In this document: one piece after another, positions 1-13,610 of the stretch
How the letters are laid out: each line of letters opens with the position of its first letter
How positions within the stretch are numbered: the stretch's first letter is position 1
Source: the human T2T-CHM13v2.0 reference genome, Homo sapiens
DNA length: 64,000 nt
Direction: 5' to 3' (one strand)
Assembly: GCF_009914755.1 (NCBI RefSeq)
Contig: NC_060931.1
Notes under the pieces: model-generated
Seen by the model: only the letters and a program-made list of their open reading frames with translations
What the model was told of the DNA's origin: nothing
The model's database searches: none
Translations under genes and position numbers: made by a program

Positions 1-29
1 TCAATAACTTCTAGTTTTTGAAGTATCTG

Positions 30-240
30 ATTTTATTTAATCTTCACAACAACTTGGTGAAGAAGGTATTACTATTAGGTTGCTACAAAAGTATTTGCAG
101 TTTTTGCCATGACTTTTCATAGCAAAGCCGCAATTACTTTTGCACCAACTTAATACCTCAATTTTACAGTTGAAAAAACCACGTTAGGGAGAGTATCCAG
201 GCGGTAAATGACAGAAAGGAGATATGAACTAAAATTTCTT
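30..240 (-). mobile_element. MIR SINE interrupted by MADE1
   Basis: tttaatcttcacaacaac...ggtattacta|tacctcaattttacagttgaaaaaac matches the antisense MIR core once MADE1 is removed. Confidence 0.7.
75..153. mobile_element. MADE1 (Hsmar1-derived mariner MITE)
   Basis: ttaggttgctacaaaagt...acttttgcaccaacttaa, an ~80-bp palindromic element with TA on both sides (73-74, 154-155). Confidence 0.9.
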
Positions 241-689
241 AATTCTTTATTCAGATGATAAAACTAATGTGACTTTGCTCTATCACAGCTATTCTTGTCA
301 TTTTACTGCAGTGTCAAAATTCTAGATACATATTTTTAAATGTATTTTAAAGACAAAATAACATAACATATGCACATTATAAAGTGATGTAGGAAATTTA
401 AAAATCTATGAACAGTTTTAAATCACCCACAATATTACTGCTGAAAAATAACACCTCTTACTATTTTGATGTATTTATAAACATTTTTCTGTGTATTTAT
501 ATATTTCTTTTGACATTATGGTTTTGCATCCCATTCCATTTTATCATATTTCCAGTGAAGTGAGGTGGCATTCTAACCTTATCATATGTACAATTTTACT
601 GTATTGTCTTTCAGTAACCTACTTTTGCTGGATATTTAAATATAAATAAAAATTAGTCTACCTTGAATTTACCTTTTTTCAGGATGAAA

Positions 690-853
690 TCTATGCTTCT
701 CCAAATGCAGTCTGAGGACAGTAGTGCCAGCGTCATTTGGGAGCTTGTCATAACTGCAAATTCTCTACTGAGTCCAAGTCTTTGGGGTGAAATCCAGGAA
801 TTTCTGTTTTAATAAGCTCTCCAGGTGTTTCACACATGCAGAATTTTGGACTG
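690..853 (+). mobile_element. MER5A (hAT-Charlie)
   Basis: agcgtcatttgggagcttgt...tgcaaattctc...ttttaataagctctccaggtg resembles MER5A. Confidence 0.75.
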
Positions 854-956
854 AAGTGTTTGGTTTTCTGTAAGCGTTGATGAGGCAAAGCAGCTTAGGC
901 CTATTGTAGGTGAAAGGCAAGCACAATAATTGTTATACTTTGAAGAAAAAGAAAAC

Positions 957-1286
957 TTTTTTCCTTCGTTCGTTCTTTCCTTCCTTCCTTCCTTTCTTCC
1001 TTCCTTTCTTTGAGATGGAGTCTTACTCTGTCACCCAGGCTGGAGTGCGGTGGCGCAATCTTATCTCACTGCATCCTTCGCCTCCTGGGTTCAAGCGATT
1101 CTCCTGCCTTAGCCTCCTGAATAGCTGGGACAACAGGCATGTGCCACCATGCCCAGCTAATTTTTGTATTTTTAGAAGAGACCAGGTTTCACCATGTTGG
1201 CCAGGATGCTCTCAATCTCTTGACCTTCAGCCCACGTTGGCCTCCCAAAGTGCTGGGATTACAGGCGTGAGCCACCATGCCCGGCC
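957..1286 (-). mobile_element. AluS, tail degenerated to (TTCC/CTTT)n
   Basis: Antisense Alu tgagatggagtct...ccatgcccggcc. Confidence 0.95.
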
Positions 1287-1291
1287 TAATA

Positions 1292-1426
1292 TTTTTTAAA
1301 AATGTCTGTAGAGATGGGGTCTCACAATGTTGCCCAGGCTGGTCTCCAACTCCTGGCTCCAAGCATTCCTCCCACCTAAGTCTCCCAAAGTGTTGGGATT
1401 ACAGGCATGAGCCACCGTGCCCGGCC
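1292..1426 (-). mobile_element. FLAM / Alu left monomer
   Basis: tgtagagatggggtctcac...ccgtgcccggcc, monomer only. Confidence 0.9.
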
Positions 1427-2117
1427 TAATTGTTAACTCTGACTGAGAACTTTTGTAGACTGAGAAAGTGGCTGGTAGTATATTGTAGATAAAGGCCACA
1501 CCAGAAAGGGTGAGTGTGAGGTAAGCGAGCTCCTGTGGGGAATTTGCCTGACCAGAGCACAACATTCACATTGGCAAGCAGCTGAAGCCAAGAAAGACCT
1601 GTTAGGATAACCCAAGTTCTTGTACACATAGATGAAGATCTGTGATATAATTTATAGATATTGAGGAAACATTACACATTATTTAACATAAAAGTGATGT
1701 TTCATAACTAGAAGAACATTGGTTAAAAAGCACACTTTAGTGAGAAGTGAGGAGATATTTGGGTAGAACAACCAATGAATAAGGTGAGTGTTGTAAACAA
1801 GATACCAAATGAAGGACAATGATAAGGAGTTTTGGCAGAAGAAAAAGACAATGATTTATTACTAAATATTATAATGGAAAAGAAGGGGAATGGTTTCAAT
1901 GGCAGATTGGACAAAGGGACTAAGAGGAAAACTAGAATTTGAACCTGACATCCTGGTTTCTCTTGAGCTATACATACCAATTTTAATAATCTGGAGAGAG
2001 GTGTAAAAAATTAACAAAACAGTTTTATTTTCAAAGATTGTGAGTTTAGTTTACTCTTAACTCCTCTGTATTCCTAATCACCTACATCCAGTTGGATTCT
2101 ATGTCTTGCCGATCTTA

Positions 2118-2484
<367 letters not shown>

Positions 2485-2719
2485 TTAGTTTAAGTACTGG
2501 TAATCTTTCAACTGGCAGCCTATAGTTGAAACAGCCTAAATACTCTTTTTACCTTTTGAATTACTTCCCTAAAACCTATTGCATTGCTGCACAGAGTTTT
2601 CATTCTGTATAAGTTGATATAAAACCTATATTGACTTATGGCATCTTCCTGCTAAAAGTTTAAAAATACTTTTCCTCTGCTTTTTATTGTACTGTTTTAC
2701 TTGGTATGACATTCTGAAT

Positions 2720-2815
2720 TAGAGCAGCCGTGTAGTTTATCATCTGAATGAGACCCTTGGGACATTGAAAGTGGGCATATTAATAATTACACTGGGACAA
2801 AAGTTGTCTGGGCTT
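2720..2815. mobile_element. MER94-like hAT-Blackjack fragment
   Basis: tttatcatc...tgaaagtgggcatattaataattacactgggaca resembles MER94. Confidence 0.5.
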
Positions 2816-2904
2816 TGCCGAGCTTTCTAGCCCCATCCTCTTCTAAGAGCAGTTTACAAATGAGCAATACCAAAATAATTAGTGAACAAACACGGTTTCG
2901 AAGG

Positions 2905-2990
2905 TCTTCTATCCGTGTTGTTCACAGCTGTATCTGCAATGCCTAACGCACTGCTCAGTGCAGCATAGTTCCTCAATAACTATGTGCAAA
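2905..2990 (+). mobile_element. L2 3' end
   Basis: gttcacagctgtatctgcaatgccta...ctcaataactatgtg. Confidence 0.65.
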
Positions 2991-4371
2991 GGGAGGAAAT
3001 GAGGGAGGGAGGCATGGAAGAAGAAATGGGTAGATCAAAGAATTTTAGAAAGCTTGAATCTAGTATGCTGTTGTTGAAATGACATAGAGTTGAAGGTCTA
3101 ACATCCTTGGAAAGAGGAAGGCATAGAAAGCCAAAGGAGGCACAGAGAACTTGGTAGAGGAAGGTTAAAAAAGGGAGGTCCCAGAATCAGACCACCCATG
3201 AAACTGACTTTCTGATTCCAACCAGGCTCTAGTGAATTTGACTGGAGAAACAAGTTTTTCCAGAACCTAATTATTCCTGTTAGAGTAACTACTGAGGTTT
3301 GTGCATAGCCAGGCTGGAAATCCAGAGAGGTGGCAATGACCTTGAGACCCTCCTCAGTGAAAGCTCTCTAATTCTAGGACCATGCAATTATTTTTAATTA
3401 GTACAATATAAGCTTAACAATGTTTTGCCATTTATTTTGTACTATTTTATAGTTTAACACACAACAGCCCCTAAGGAGTGTAATTCAAGTGCAACTTACC
3501 CAAAGACTTCACTGCTTTTGTATCAGGTTGACATATTTTTACCGAAAACATATCTTAGTTTTGTGAAGAAAACTTTCACATTCTTCATTAATCCCTGGGC
3601 AGAGCTGTTTAAAAGAAAGTTTTGTCAGTAGCATTTTAGATGTTCTAACTACAAAGGAGATATGTAAATGTCCGTTTTGTACTTCTGAAAACAGGTGCAG
3701 TCTCAGTGAGAAAAAGAAAATTTGTCACGAGCACTGGAATAAAAAGGGAAATAATGAATAAGAACATAATTTAATTACATGAATGTCAGCCGTCTACACA
3801 AACTAGATTTGATGTAATTAAAGCACCTGGAACAAATAAAATGAATCAAGGAAATCTCTTTCCTTTTTTTGAGAAAGGAAGATTCAAAATTACATACTAT
3901 TTATGGACAACTTGTACAAACTATGCAAAAAATAAGTGTGCATGTGAGTGTATGTGTGTGTGTGCACAAGAGAGAGGCAGAGAGAGTGAAGGGTAATTTT
4001 TCCTGGCCTCTTAGTTCATAACCAACAAAGCAGCCAATATAAGTTTTTTATAGTAAGGGGATAATATCTATAAATAAGTAGAAATTAAATATTGTTTTCA
4101 ATGATCATGAGCCCCAGTAAAATAAACATTACATTTATTTAAGGATTGATTGTTTTAGTCTTTTCCCCAACATAAAGTCATACCAGGAGCTTGCTGTCTT
4201 TGGTAGGTCAGGAATGCTTATAGAGAAAGAAACAAATCATGAATTTAAATTTAGAGACAAAGAACGCTCTTTCCAGGAAGAACTACTCCTAACTAGTGGT
4301 TTGCTAGCATTGCAATATGCCACTGGGACATTTATCTGGGGAGCCATTTGTTCTGTGCTGTGCTTATGTAG

Positions 4372-4566
<195 letters not shown>

Positions 4567-5329
4567 TAGTTCCACCAATGGTTTGTTTCTTTGGTGCTGT
4601 GTTTTTATCACAACATCTAATCAGCAACATATTGCTGGATTTGTTAGATAAGATGATGAAATGTATTATTAGAGCAATAAAACATTTTGACACTGTGCTT
4701 TTCAAAAAGTTTATGTTTGATGTGAACAATTAAGCATCATTTTTTTAAAATCAGCATGTAGGGGGAAAAAAACAGAAAGTAAAGTTGCAAAGTTCAGCCC
4801 AAAGAAAGAACTAGTAACCTAGATTAGGGAAATTTAGCATCACTGCTCCAATATTCTCACTGTGCATGCTAGAGGAAGCTTTTAGATCATGACAGACCTT
4901 CCTCGATTCTCCATAATGATAGAAGAAATCTTTCTAAGTTCTGAAATCCCATTCTGATAATAGCAAAAATTACCTGAAGCTTTTATGAAATATATTTGGG
5001 CTTTTCTTCTTGGGAAGAGGACCTAGTTTTTCTCCACTTCCATGTGAAATGAGATTATGGGTTCTTGTCAACTTCCACAACAATGTGTAAAATGTGCAGA
5101 TCTCTAAGATAAGAACAGATTTTCCATCAGACACTTGGCAGTATCTTACGCTTCAAAAATCCAGAGGAAGGTGTGAGGTATGCATTATTTACTGGCTCCA
5201 GCAAAAGACCAGCATTTGATGTGAACTCCTGGGCATAAGATGATAAGGGTAATGATAATAAGATGCTACTGATGGTAGTTACTGAGTGTGACTGTTTACC
5301 ATCTGTCAAGTATCATGACAAATCCTTTG

Positions 5330-5552
5330 GACAGACACTTGAGTTTACATCCTGGCTTCATTAATCACCACATGTGTAATATTGGGCACTTTAGTAACTT
5401 TGCTAAATTCAGTAAACCTCAGAATCTTTATCTGTAAATGAATTAATGAGAATACCCACCTCATAGCATTATTGTATGAATACAATAAGGTAATCTGCAT
5501 ATGGTTCTTAGCTTATTGTCTAACACACGGTAAACCTTCAATAAAAGTTATT
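5330..5552 (+). mobile_element. MIR SINE
   Basis: catcctggcttc...ctcagaatctttatctgtaaatg...caataaaagttatt. Confidence 0.75.
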
Positions 5553-5601
5553 GGATGAAAAAATTTAAAGGCTTTAGTAGTTAAATAACTTGCCCATATT
5601 A

Positions 5602-5931
<330 letters not shown>

Positions 5932-6255
5932 TCAAACTGAATTATATGCAGCCCATGGATCTTCTGGCTATAGTTCAGAACCACTTATAGAGTTTTATTT
6001 TGTCTTTGGTTTTGTTTTCTATACAAACTTCTTGGCTCCACCCCTGCAGACTCTGATTCATTATGTGTGAAGTGGAAATCAGATTGTAAAACTGGAACTG
6101 AAAACCATGAATGGTACTCTAGGCAAGCAGACACCAGCGAGGAACTCTCAGCAGTATCAGGAAGCCAGGCATGGTACAGAATGAAAGGGAAAATGATGAG
6201 GGCATCAGTGTAGTATGGAAGACATGTGGAGAAGATAATAAAATGGAAGCTGACC

Positions 6256-6450
6256 CGCCTGGGCAACATAGTGAGACCACATCTCTATTTAGAAAATGTC
6301 CCAGCTACTTGGGTGGCTCATGTGGTAGGATTCCTTGAACCCCGGAGGTTCGAGGCTGCAGTGAGTTGTGATCACACTACTGCACTCCCGTCTAAAAGAG
6401 TGAGACCTGTCTCAATTTTTTTTTCAAAATAGAAATAAAAAAATAAAATG
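6256..6450 (+). mobile_element. Old partial Alu (AluJ/FRAM-like)
   Basis: cctgggcaacatagtgagacc...gaggctgcagtgag...gagacctgtctc. Confidence 0.85.
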
Positions 6451-7419
6451 GGAACTAGCGTTCCCCTAAATTTCTAAATTTCCCCTAGAAATATGCAAGA
6501 TGCTAGCTCCCAGTTTAATCATTTTTTCTATTTTGAAAAAGAACTTTAGGCATGTCTCAGAGAAGGAACACACTTACCAGAGAGATTAATCTAAGAGTTC
6601 ACTGACAGCTGGACTTGTCAATGCACTTGAATTCTTTTTTATATACCTTCATTTTTATCTTTTTAGCACTAAAATATTAACCTATGATAACTTGACTTAA
6701 TTTATAAGAATCTCGATTCTGGTTTCTCCTAATATATGAAAATATATAATACAATTAAAGTCTATTCTTAACCTCAAGGGAAATCAGGGCATCGTGGCTT
6801 GGACTGGACAATTAAGAATTTATTTTAGTTATTTTCTTAAATTAATCTCAAAAGAAATTAGAAAAGAAAACAAAACTATAATATACATAATTCTCATATC
6901 AAGGACACACACAACACACAGGACTAGTCTACTCTCAGGAGAGCTTCTCCTGTGCATTGAACCCTTTGCTCAGAAACATATGTCTTATCTTCATCAATAT
7001 CTCCCTTAAACAGCATGGATGCAATTTAACTCAGCACTTCAGATGACTTCTGAGCTCTAAGGAGCAGAATACAACTTTTTGCAATTAGAATTTTTTTTTC
7101 TATTCATTCAAGATAGTTACAAACATCAGTGTGTTCAAGGACCCTTGAAGAATCTTGCCTTACAGGCCAGCAGGCACCTTTCAGTTCTTTGCCACTAACC
7201 AACCCTTCCTTTTCCTGGAAAGAATGTGGATTTAACATCATTAAGAGAGCATGATGCCACAAAGCTTGGCTTTGGCTATTCCATTTTCAAGAGATACATG
7301 TTAAAGAAGAGGAGGGAGTAACAGCATGAAGTACTCTATAAAGTCTTGATATGTAACTCTATGTCATGAAAAATTATAAATGCTCCCCTAAATCCGAAGT
7401 ATAAAAGGAGGCAAGCACT

Positions 7420-8210
7420 CAAAAAGGTGAAGAAGAGAAATGAGCCATATAAATCACTCCCCCAGGGCACAAGAGAGATTGGCTCATTCCAAAGAACTGA
7501 AATCCCAGTGGCTGGAACATAGTGAGCGTAAGAGAGTGACTCAAAATAAAGCAGGGGAAAGGTGGGTGGGGGCAGGCCAGAGCAGACCAGCCATAAGGAG
7601 TGTAGGGCAGAAAAAAGTGCGCTTTTTTTTATTATTATTTTTCAATTGCAGTGGGTGGTCGTCTATGGAAAGATTTTAAGCAGGAAAATAAGATCTTGAT
7701 TGCATTCATACATCTACCACTTGGGCTTCTATAAGAGACAGCATGAAGACATTGGGACCAGCTCTGACGCTATTATTGCAAAAGTCCAATGAAGAGATGA
7801 TGCTCCCTTGAACTAGGGTAGGGATGGTTTAAAGTGATGAGAAATTGATACATTTTTAGATCTGTTTTGAAGGTAGAATTGACAGGATTGGTAAAAGTTT
7901 GGATGAGAATGTTTAAAGAGAGACAGTTATCAATACTAACTTCTCAACATATGGACTGAGTAGCTGGATGAACTTTAGTGCCATTTAGGAGAAGTGGACA
8001 ATTAAGGGTAAAACAGTTTTAAAGGAAGCTCAAGAACTTACTTTTGACCTAATTAAATGTGAAGTGCCATGTGCCATCTAAACTGAGATGCAAATTTTAC
8101 AGTTGGGTGAGCCCCAAAAGCCTGATTGGGTTAGAGATATAAATGTGCCAATTATTAGCATATTAATATATGAGAATTGATAATATAATTTGGGGGTTGA
8201 TGTAACAGAG
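7420..8210 (-). mobile_element. L2 fragment
   Basis: Antisense L2 motifs (ttttaagcagga, ttttgaaggtagaattgacagga, gtgccattta). Boundaries approximate. Confidence 0.65.
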
Positions 8211-8223
8211 AAACAGCATCTCA

Positions 8224-8539
<316 letters not shown>

Positions 8540-8540
<1 letters not shown>

Positions 8541-8645
8541 AGAAGAAGAAGGAGGAGGAGTAAGAGGAGGAGGAGGGGTAGAGGGAGGGGGAGGGGAAAG
8601 GAAGGGGGAGGGGGAAGGGGAGAAGGGGGGTGGGGGGATGAGGAA
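8540..8645 (+). repeat. G/A-rich low-complexity tract (GAA>GGA>GGGGA)
   Basis: Seen directly; replaces the Alu tail. Confidence 0.9.
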
Positions 8646-9044
8646 TTAGTCCGTTCTCACGCTGCTATAAAGAACTTCCCTGAGTTCGTTCTCACACTGC
8701 TATGAAGAACTTCCCTGAGATTGAGTAATTTATAAAGGAAAGAGGTTTAATTGACTCACAGTTGCTCATGGCTGGGGAAGCCTCTGGAAATTTACAATCA
8801 TGGCAGAAGGGGAAGCAGATGCCTTCTTCACAAGGCGGCAGGAGAGAGCATGTGAAGGCAGAATTGTCAAACACTTATAAAACCATTAGATCTCATGAGA
8901 ACTCACTATTATGAGAAGTACATGGAGGAAACTGTCCCCATAATCCAATCACCTCTCACCAGGTCCTTCCCTCAACACTTGGGAATTGTGGGGATTACAA
9001 TTCAAGATGAGATTCGGACAGGGATTCAGAGCCAAACTATATTA
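8646..9044 (-). mobile_element. THE1/MST (ERVL-MaLR) solo LTR
   Basis: attagtccgttctcacgctgcta...gagccaaactatatta is the reverse complement of a THE1D/MSTA-type LTR. Confidence 0.9.
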
Positions 9045-9529
9045 CTCAATAATTCAATAGAGAGAGATTAGGGTTCTCGTGTTAAAATATTTAATAAGTG
9101 TTTGGAAAAATATACATAATTGAGGGTAAGTAGAGAAAAAGTGTCTGAGAGCATTTGGGGGGCAAACAGATCATCTGTGTGGAGGTTAAAATGACTGCTT
9201 GGATCCTAGAGAATGACAGAAAGACTTGGAGAATGAAGAGCAACTTGGCATCCATGCACACATATACAATGGATGTGGTGGTGCCACAGACGTATGGCAA
9301 ATAATAGCCACTAGAATGCGGGGAACATGGTATGGCCAGGAATAATGAACCTTCTAAGGATGCTGCATAGACAGCATAGGGGAGCCATGGATTGAGCTAC
9401 ATCCTAGGCAATTAGGGGGTGTTCTAAATGACAGAGCATTTCAAGCACTGCATAGGACACCAGCAAAATCTTCCCCAAAACGGCTGACTCATGAGCTGAG
9501 TGTTGAAGAACAAGTGGGTGTTATGCGGC

Positions 9530-10394
<865 letters not shown>

Positions 10395-11658
10395 TCAGTA
10401 ATTGGAATAAGTTGATATCTTCACTGCCTTTCCTTCAAAAAAAAAAAGGAAAATATTTCCATTGTTACCATGAGACATGAAAAAAATCACTGCTTGCAGT
10501 CAAATAATTTAGACAGAGGCTTCTTATCTCAAACAAGCTTGAATTTACTATTTCTTGCTAAGTTTGACATAAATTGACTCTTCATTTTTTATCGTAAGGC
10601 AGTAGTTCTACTATGTAATTCTTCTGACTGTCTGCAGCTCAGAGCTACATCTCTTGGAAATTTAGAAATTAGGGGGTGTCCTAAATTATAGAGCATTTCG
10701 AGTGCTGCACAGTTGATGACATTGAGGAGAGAAGATTTTTCACAGAATCCTTTGTAGAAAAATTTATCATCCTGTGAAAGCCAAAGCCTGGTTTCTTTTT
10801 TTAGATCTTAGGGTACATGATAAAATGTGATCATTGTTAGCCTCGCCTTCCTTCTCCATTTTTATGCTCCCTCTGAAAATTTGGTGTTAAAACTTTTGTG
10901 AATATAAACTATCTTATATTTTCAGTATCAACCTCTTTTAATTGTATATTTCTAACATTTCAGCTTTTCATTTCCATTTTCTTCAGGTGTTACCAGCATC
11001 CTCTCCCTAGATACCCTGAACCTTTGTATTTAAAAGGTTCTTTCTGCTTTCACTTAGTTCTTTCTGCTAGATGATTAATAGTAACAATAGTAAATAATGC
11101 TCGATCCAGCCATTATTCTTGAAACTTTACTGTCTATCCTTAAACCTAAGACAATATTTTTCTTCATCTTCTATCCTCTAACTCATTTTCTCCATAACTC
11201 CCTTTGCATTCATTTTTTTCTTAATTTAAGCAAGCATCTGTGCTCTAGTGCGTGAAGTTTAAAGTCCAAATAAAGTACTCCTCTTGCATTCTTCCTAGCC
11301 CTGGTTTTGTAGTTTTATCAAAAAGCCATTAAGCTTGTTTACATAATTTGTGCTTTATAAAGCCCCAGGATTTAGCTGATCAAATTCTATTATCCTCTCT
11401 AATAGTGAAAGCTGTTCGTGTCTTTTTAATCTAATATTTATAGAGAGCTTGTAACGGAAGTTTCTAAGCGCTTGCACTCAGTATTAGTATCGTATTTAGT
11501 ATTATGTTTCTCACAAGTTTTACAAGTACAGTGTGGGCAGGAGGAAATGGGTCACTGAGGTGGTGGACTTGGGCTCCAGTGGAGAGTATCATAAACCCAC
11601 CCACCTCCACCTCCCCCTCCCCGTGTCCACAAAGCAAAACAGTTTCTATCCTATAGTA

Positions 11659-11998
11659 CAGTCATGCACCACATAGTATTTCAGTCAACAACAGACTACA
11701 TCTAGAATGGTGGTCCTATAAGATTATAATGGTGTATGTTTACTGCACCTTTTCTATGTGTAGATAGGTTATATACACAGACACCATTCTGTTACAGTTG
11801 TCCACAGTATTCAGTACAGTAATATGCTGTACAGGTTTGTAGCCTAGGAGCAATAGGCTTTACCATACAGCCCAGGTGTGTAATGGGTTATGCCACTGAG
11901 ATTTGTGTAAGTACACTCTATGAGGTTTACACAATGACCAAATCACCTAATGACACATTTCTCAGAACCTATGCCTGTTATTAAGTGACACATGACTG
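11659..11998 (+). mobile_element. Tigger3a (TcMar-Tigger MITE), complete
   Basis: TIRs cagtcatg...catgactg, TA TSD at 11657-8 and 11999-12000, 340 bp. Confidence 0.9.
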
Positions 11999-12009
11999 TA
12001 CTATTTTCC

Positions 12010-12570
12010 TTAGCAGTTTACAGTAATACAAATTTAGTATCCACAGTTTCTGTGTGTCAAGGCACAGGTGACCTGGGTCAACTGCTCAGAGTCTTGCCAG
12101 GCTGAGACCAAGGTGTCACCCAGGGCTTGGGTTTTACCAGAGACTTGGGATCTTCTTGGAAGTTTATTCAAGTGTTGATAGATTCATTTCCTTATGGTTT
12201 AAAGACTGACGTCTCCTATTCTTATTGTCTATTGGCCCCAGATTGCTCTCAGCTCCCAGAAGCTGCTCCCAGCTCCCTGCCTTGTGGCTCTGCCTGTCCA
12301 GGAGGAGCTCTCTGACTCGCTTTCCAGCGCTGACCTGACTTGGTCGTCACTCAAGATAATTACCCATTTGATTAACTCAAACCCACCAGTTTACAGCCCT
12401 TAATTACACCTGCAAAATCTCTTCATCTTTTCCATGTAAAGAAGCCCGGTCCCATTAGTGACACCCCATCATATTTGATGGCCCCACCCCCAGTCTAGGA
12501 GAGGGTATTATGCCTGGTGTACCCACCAGGTGGCTAGAATCTTGAAGACCATTTTAGAATTCTGTTTAGC
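12010..12570 (-). mobile_element. MLT1-family LTR
   Basis: cacagtttctgtgtgtca...ccaaggtgtca...ccattttagaattctg, antisense MLT1 pattern. Confidence 0.65.
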
Positions 12571-12849
12571 ATGCTTACCTATGTGCCTCTGTAAATTATT
12601 CATAATTCCAGCAACCTTTATTTCTACCTTTTGAGTAACAACAGTGCCATATTTAGATTATAAAATCTTAGGCTTTACTGTTAATACTCTTATAATTGTA
12701 ACATATTGTTCTGTAAAAACTTTGACAATAAAGATAAGCAAAAATAAAAATTGCTTGTCAACCAGGAATGACAATTACTAACACATTAGTCACTGTGCAA
12801 TAAAGATTGTGTATTTTATACAGGTACCTGCATACATAATTGAGGGCAA

Positions 12850-13040
12850 ACTAAATGCCAGGCACATTTTTAAAATATCACATGCATTAACTCATCCAAT
12901 AACTCATGACGACCTCACAAGGTGGGTAATACTATTGTTCTCCCATTTTTTGATGATGAAACTAGAGCTCAGAGAACTTAAGTACTGGGCCACACATGTA
13001 GTAAATAATAAAGCTTGACTTTTCAGCCAGGCTTGTGTGT
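12850..13040 (-). mobile_element. MIR SINE
   Basis: atgccaggcac...cccattttttgatgatgaaactagagctcagaga. Confidence 0.75.
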
Positions 13041-13370
13041 TCAGAGCTGGTTTGTAGTTACCGTGTGTATGTGTATGTGCACACACAAGTTCACACATAT
13101 ATAGGAACAGCACTCCTCATTTTAGATTCTGTAGTACGATTTGCAATATGATTGCTGAAATGAGCATTTTTTATTCAAATCTCTTCATTATCATTGAAAC
13201 TTTCTTACACAGCTCTGATTCATTATCTGTGGTTTGGACAGCATTTTTGTTATAAACAATTTACTTCTTAATTATCTAACTAATGCCTTGGGGTTTTTAA
13301 TCAGAGGACACATTTTAAATGAAATCGATATATAAACCATTATAGGCAATTAGTATGATTTTTAGTTCTT

Positions 13371-13610
13371 TTTTTTATTATTATTATACTTTAAGTTTTA
13401 GGGTACATGTGCACAATGTGCAGGTTAGTTACATATGTATACATGTGCCATGTTGGTGTGCTGCACCCATTAACTCCTCATTTAGCATTAGGTATATCTC
13501 CTAATGCTATCCCTCCCCCCTCCCCCCACCCCACAACAGTCCCCAGAAGTGTGATGTTCCCCTTCCTGTGTCCATGTGTTCTCATTGTTCAATTCCCATC
13601 TGATAAGTTC
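13371..13610 (-). mobile_element. 5'-truncated young L1 (L1PA3/4-like), 3' UTR only
   Basis: poly(T)+tactttaagttttagggtacatgtgc...; 13-bp TSD atttttagttctt at 13358-13370 and 13611-13623; TT/AA endonuclease site. Confidence 0.95.

Noticed and set aside
4369-4371. Alternative acceptor TAG 19 nt upstream of the exon
   Set aside because: It has a poor pyrimidine tract and would frameshift; the sequence alone gives no evidence of use.
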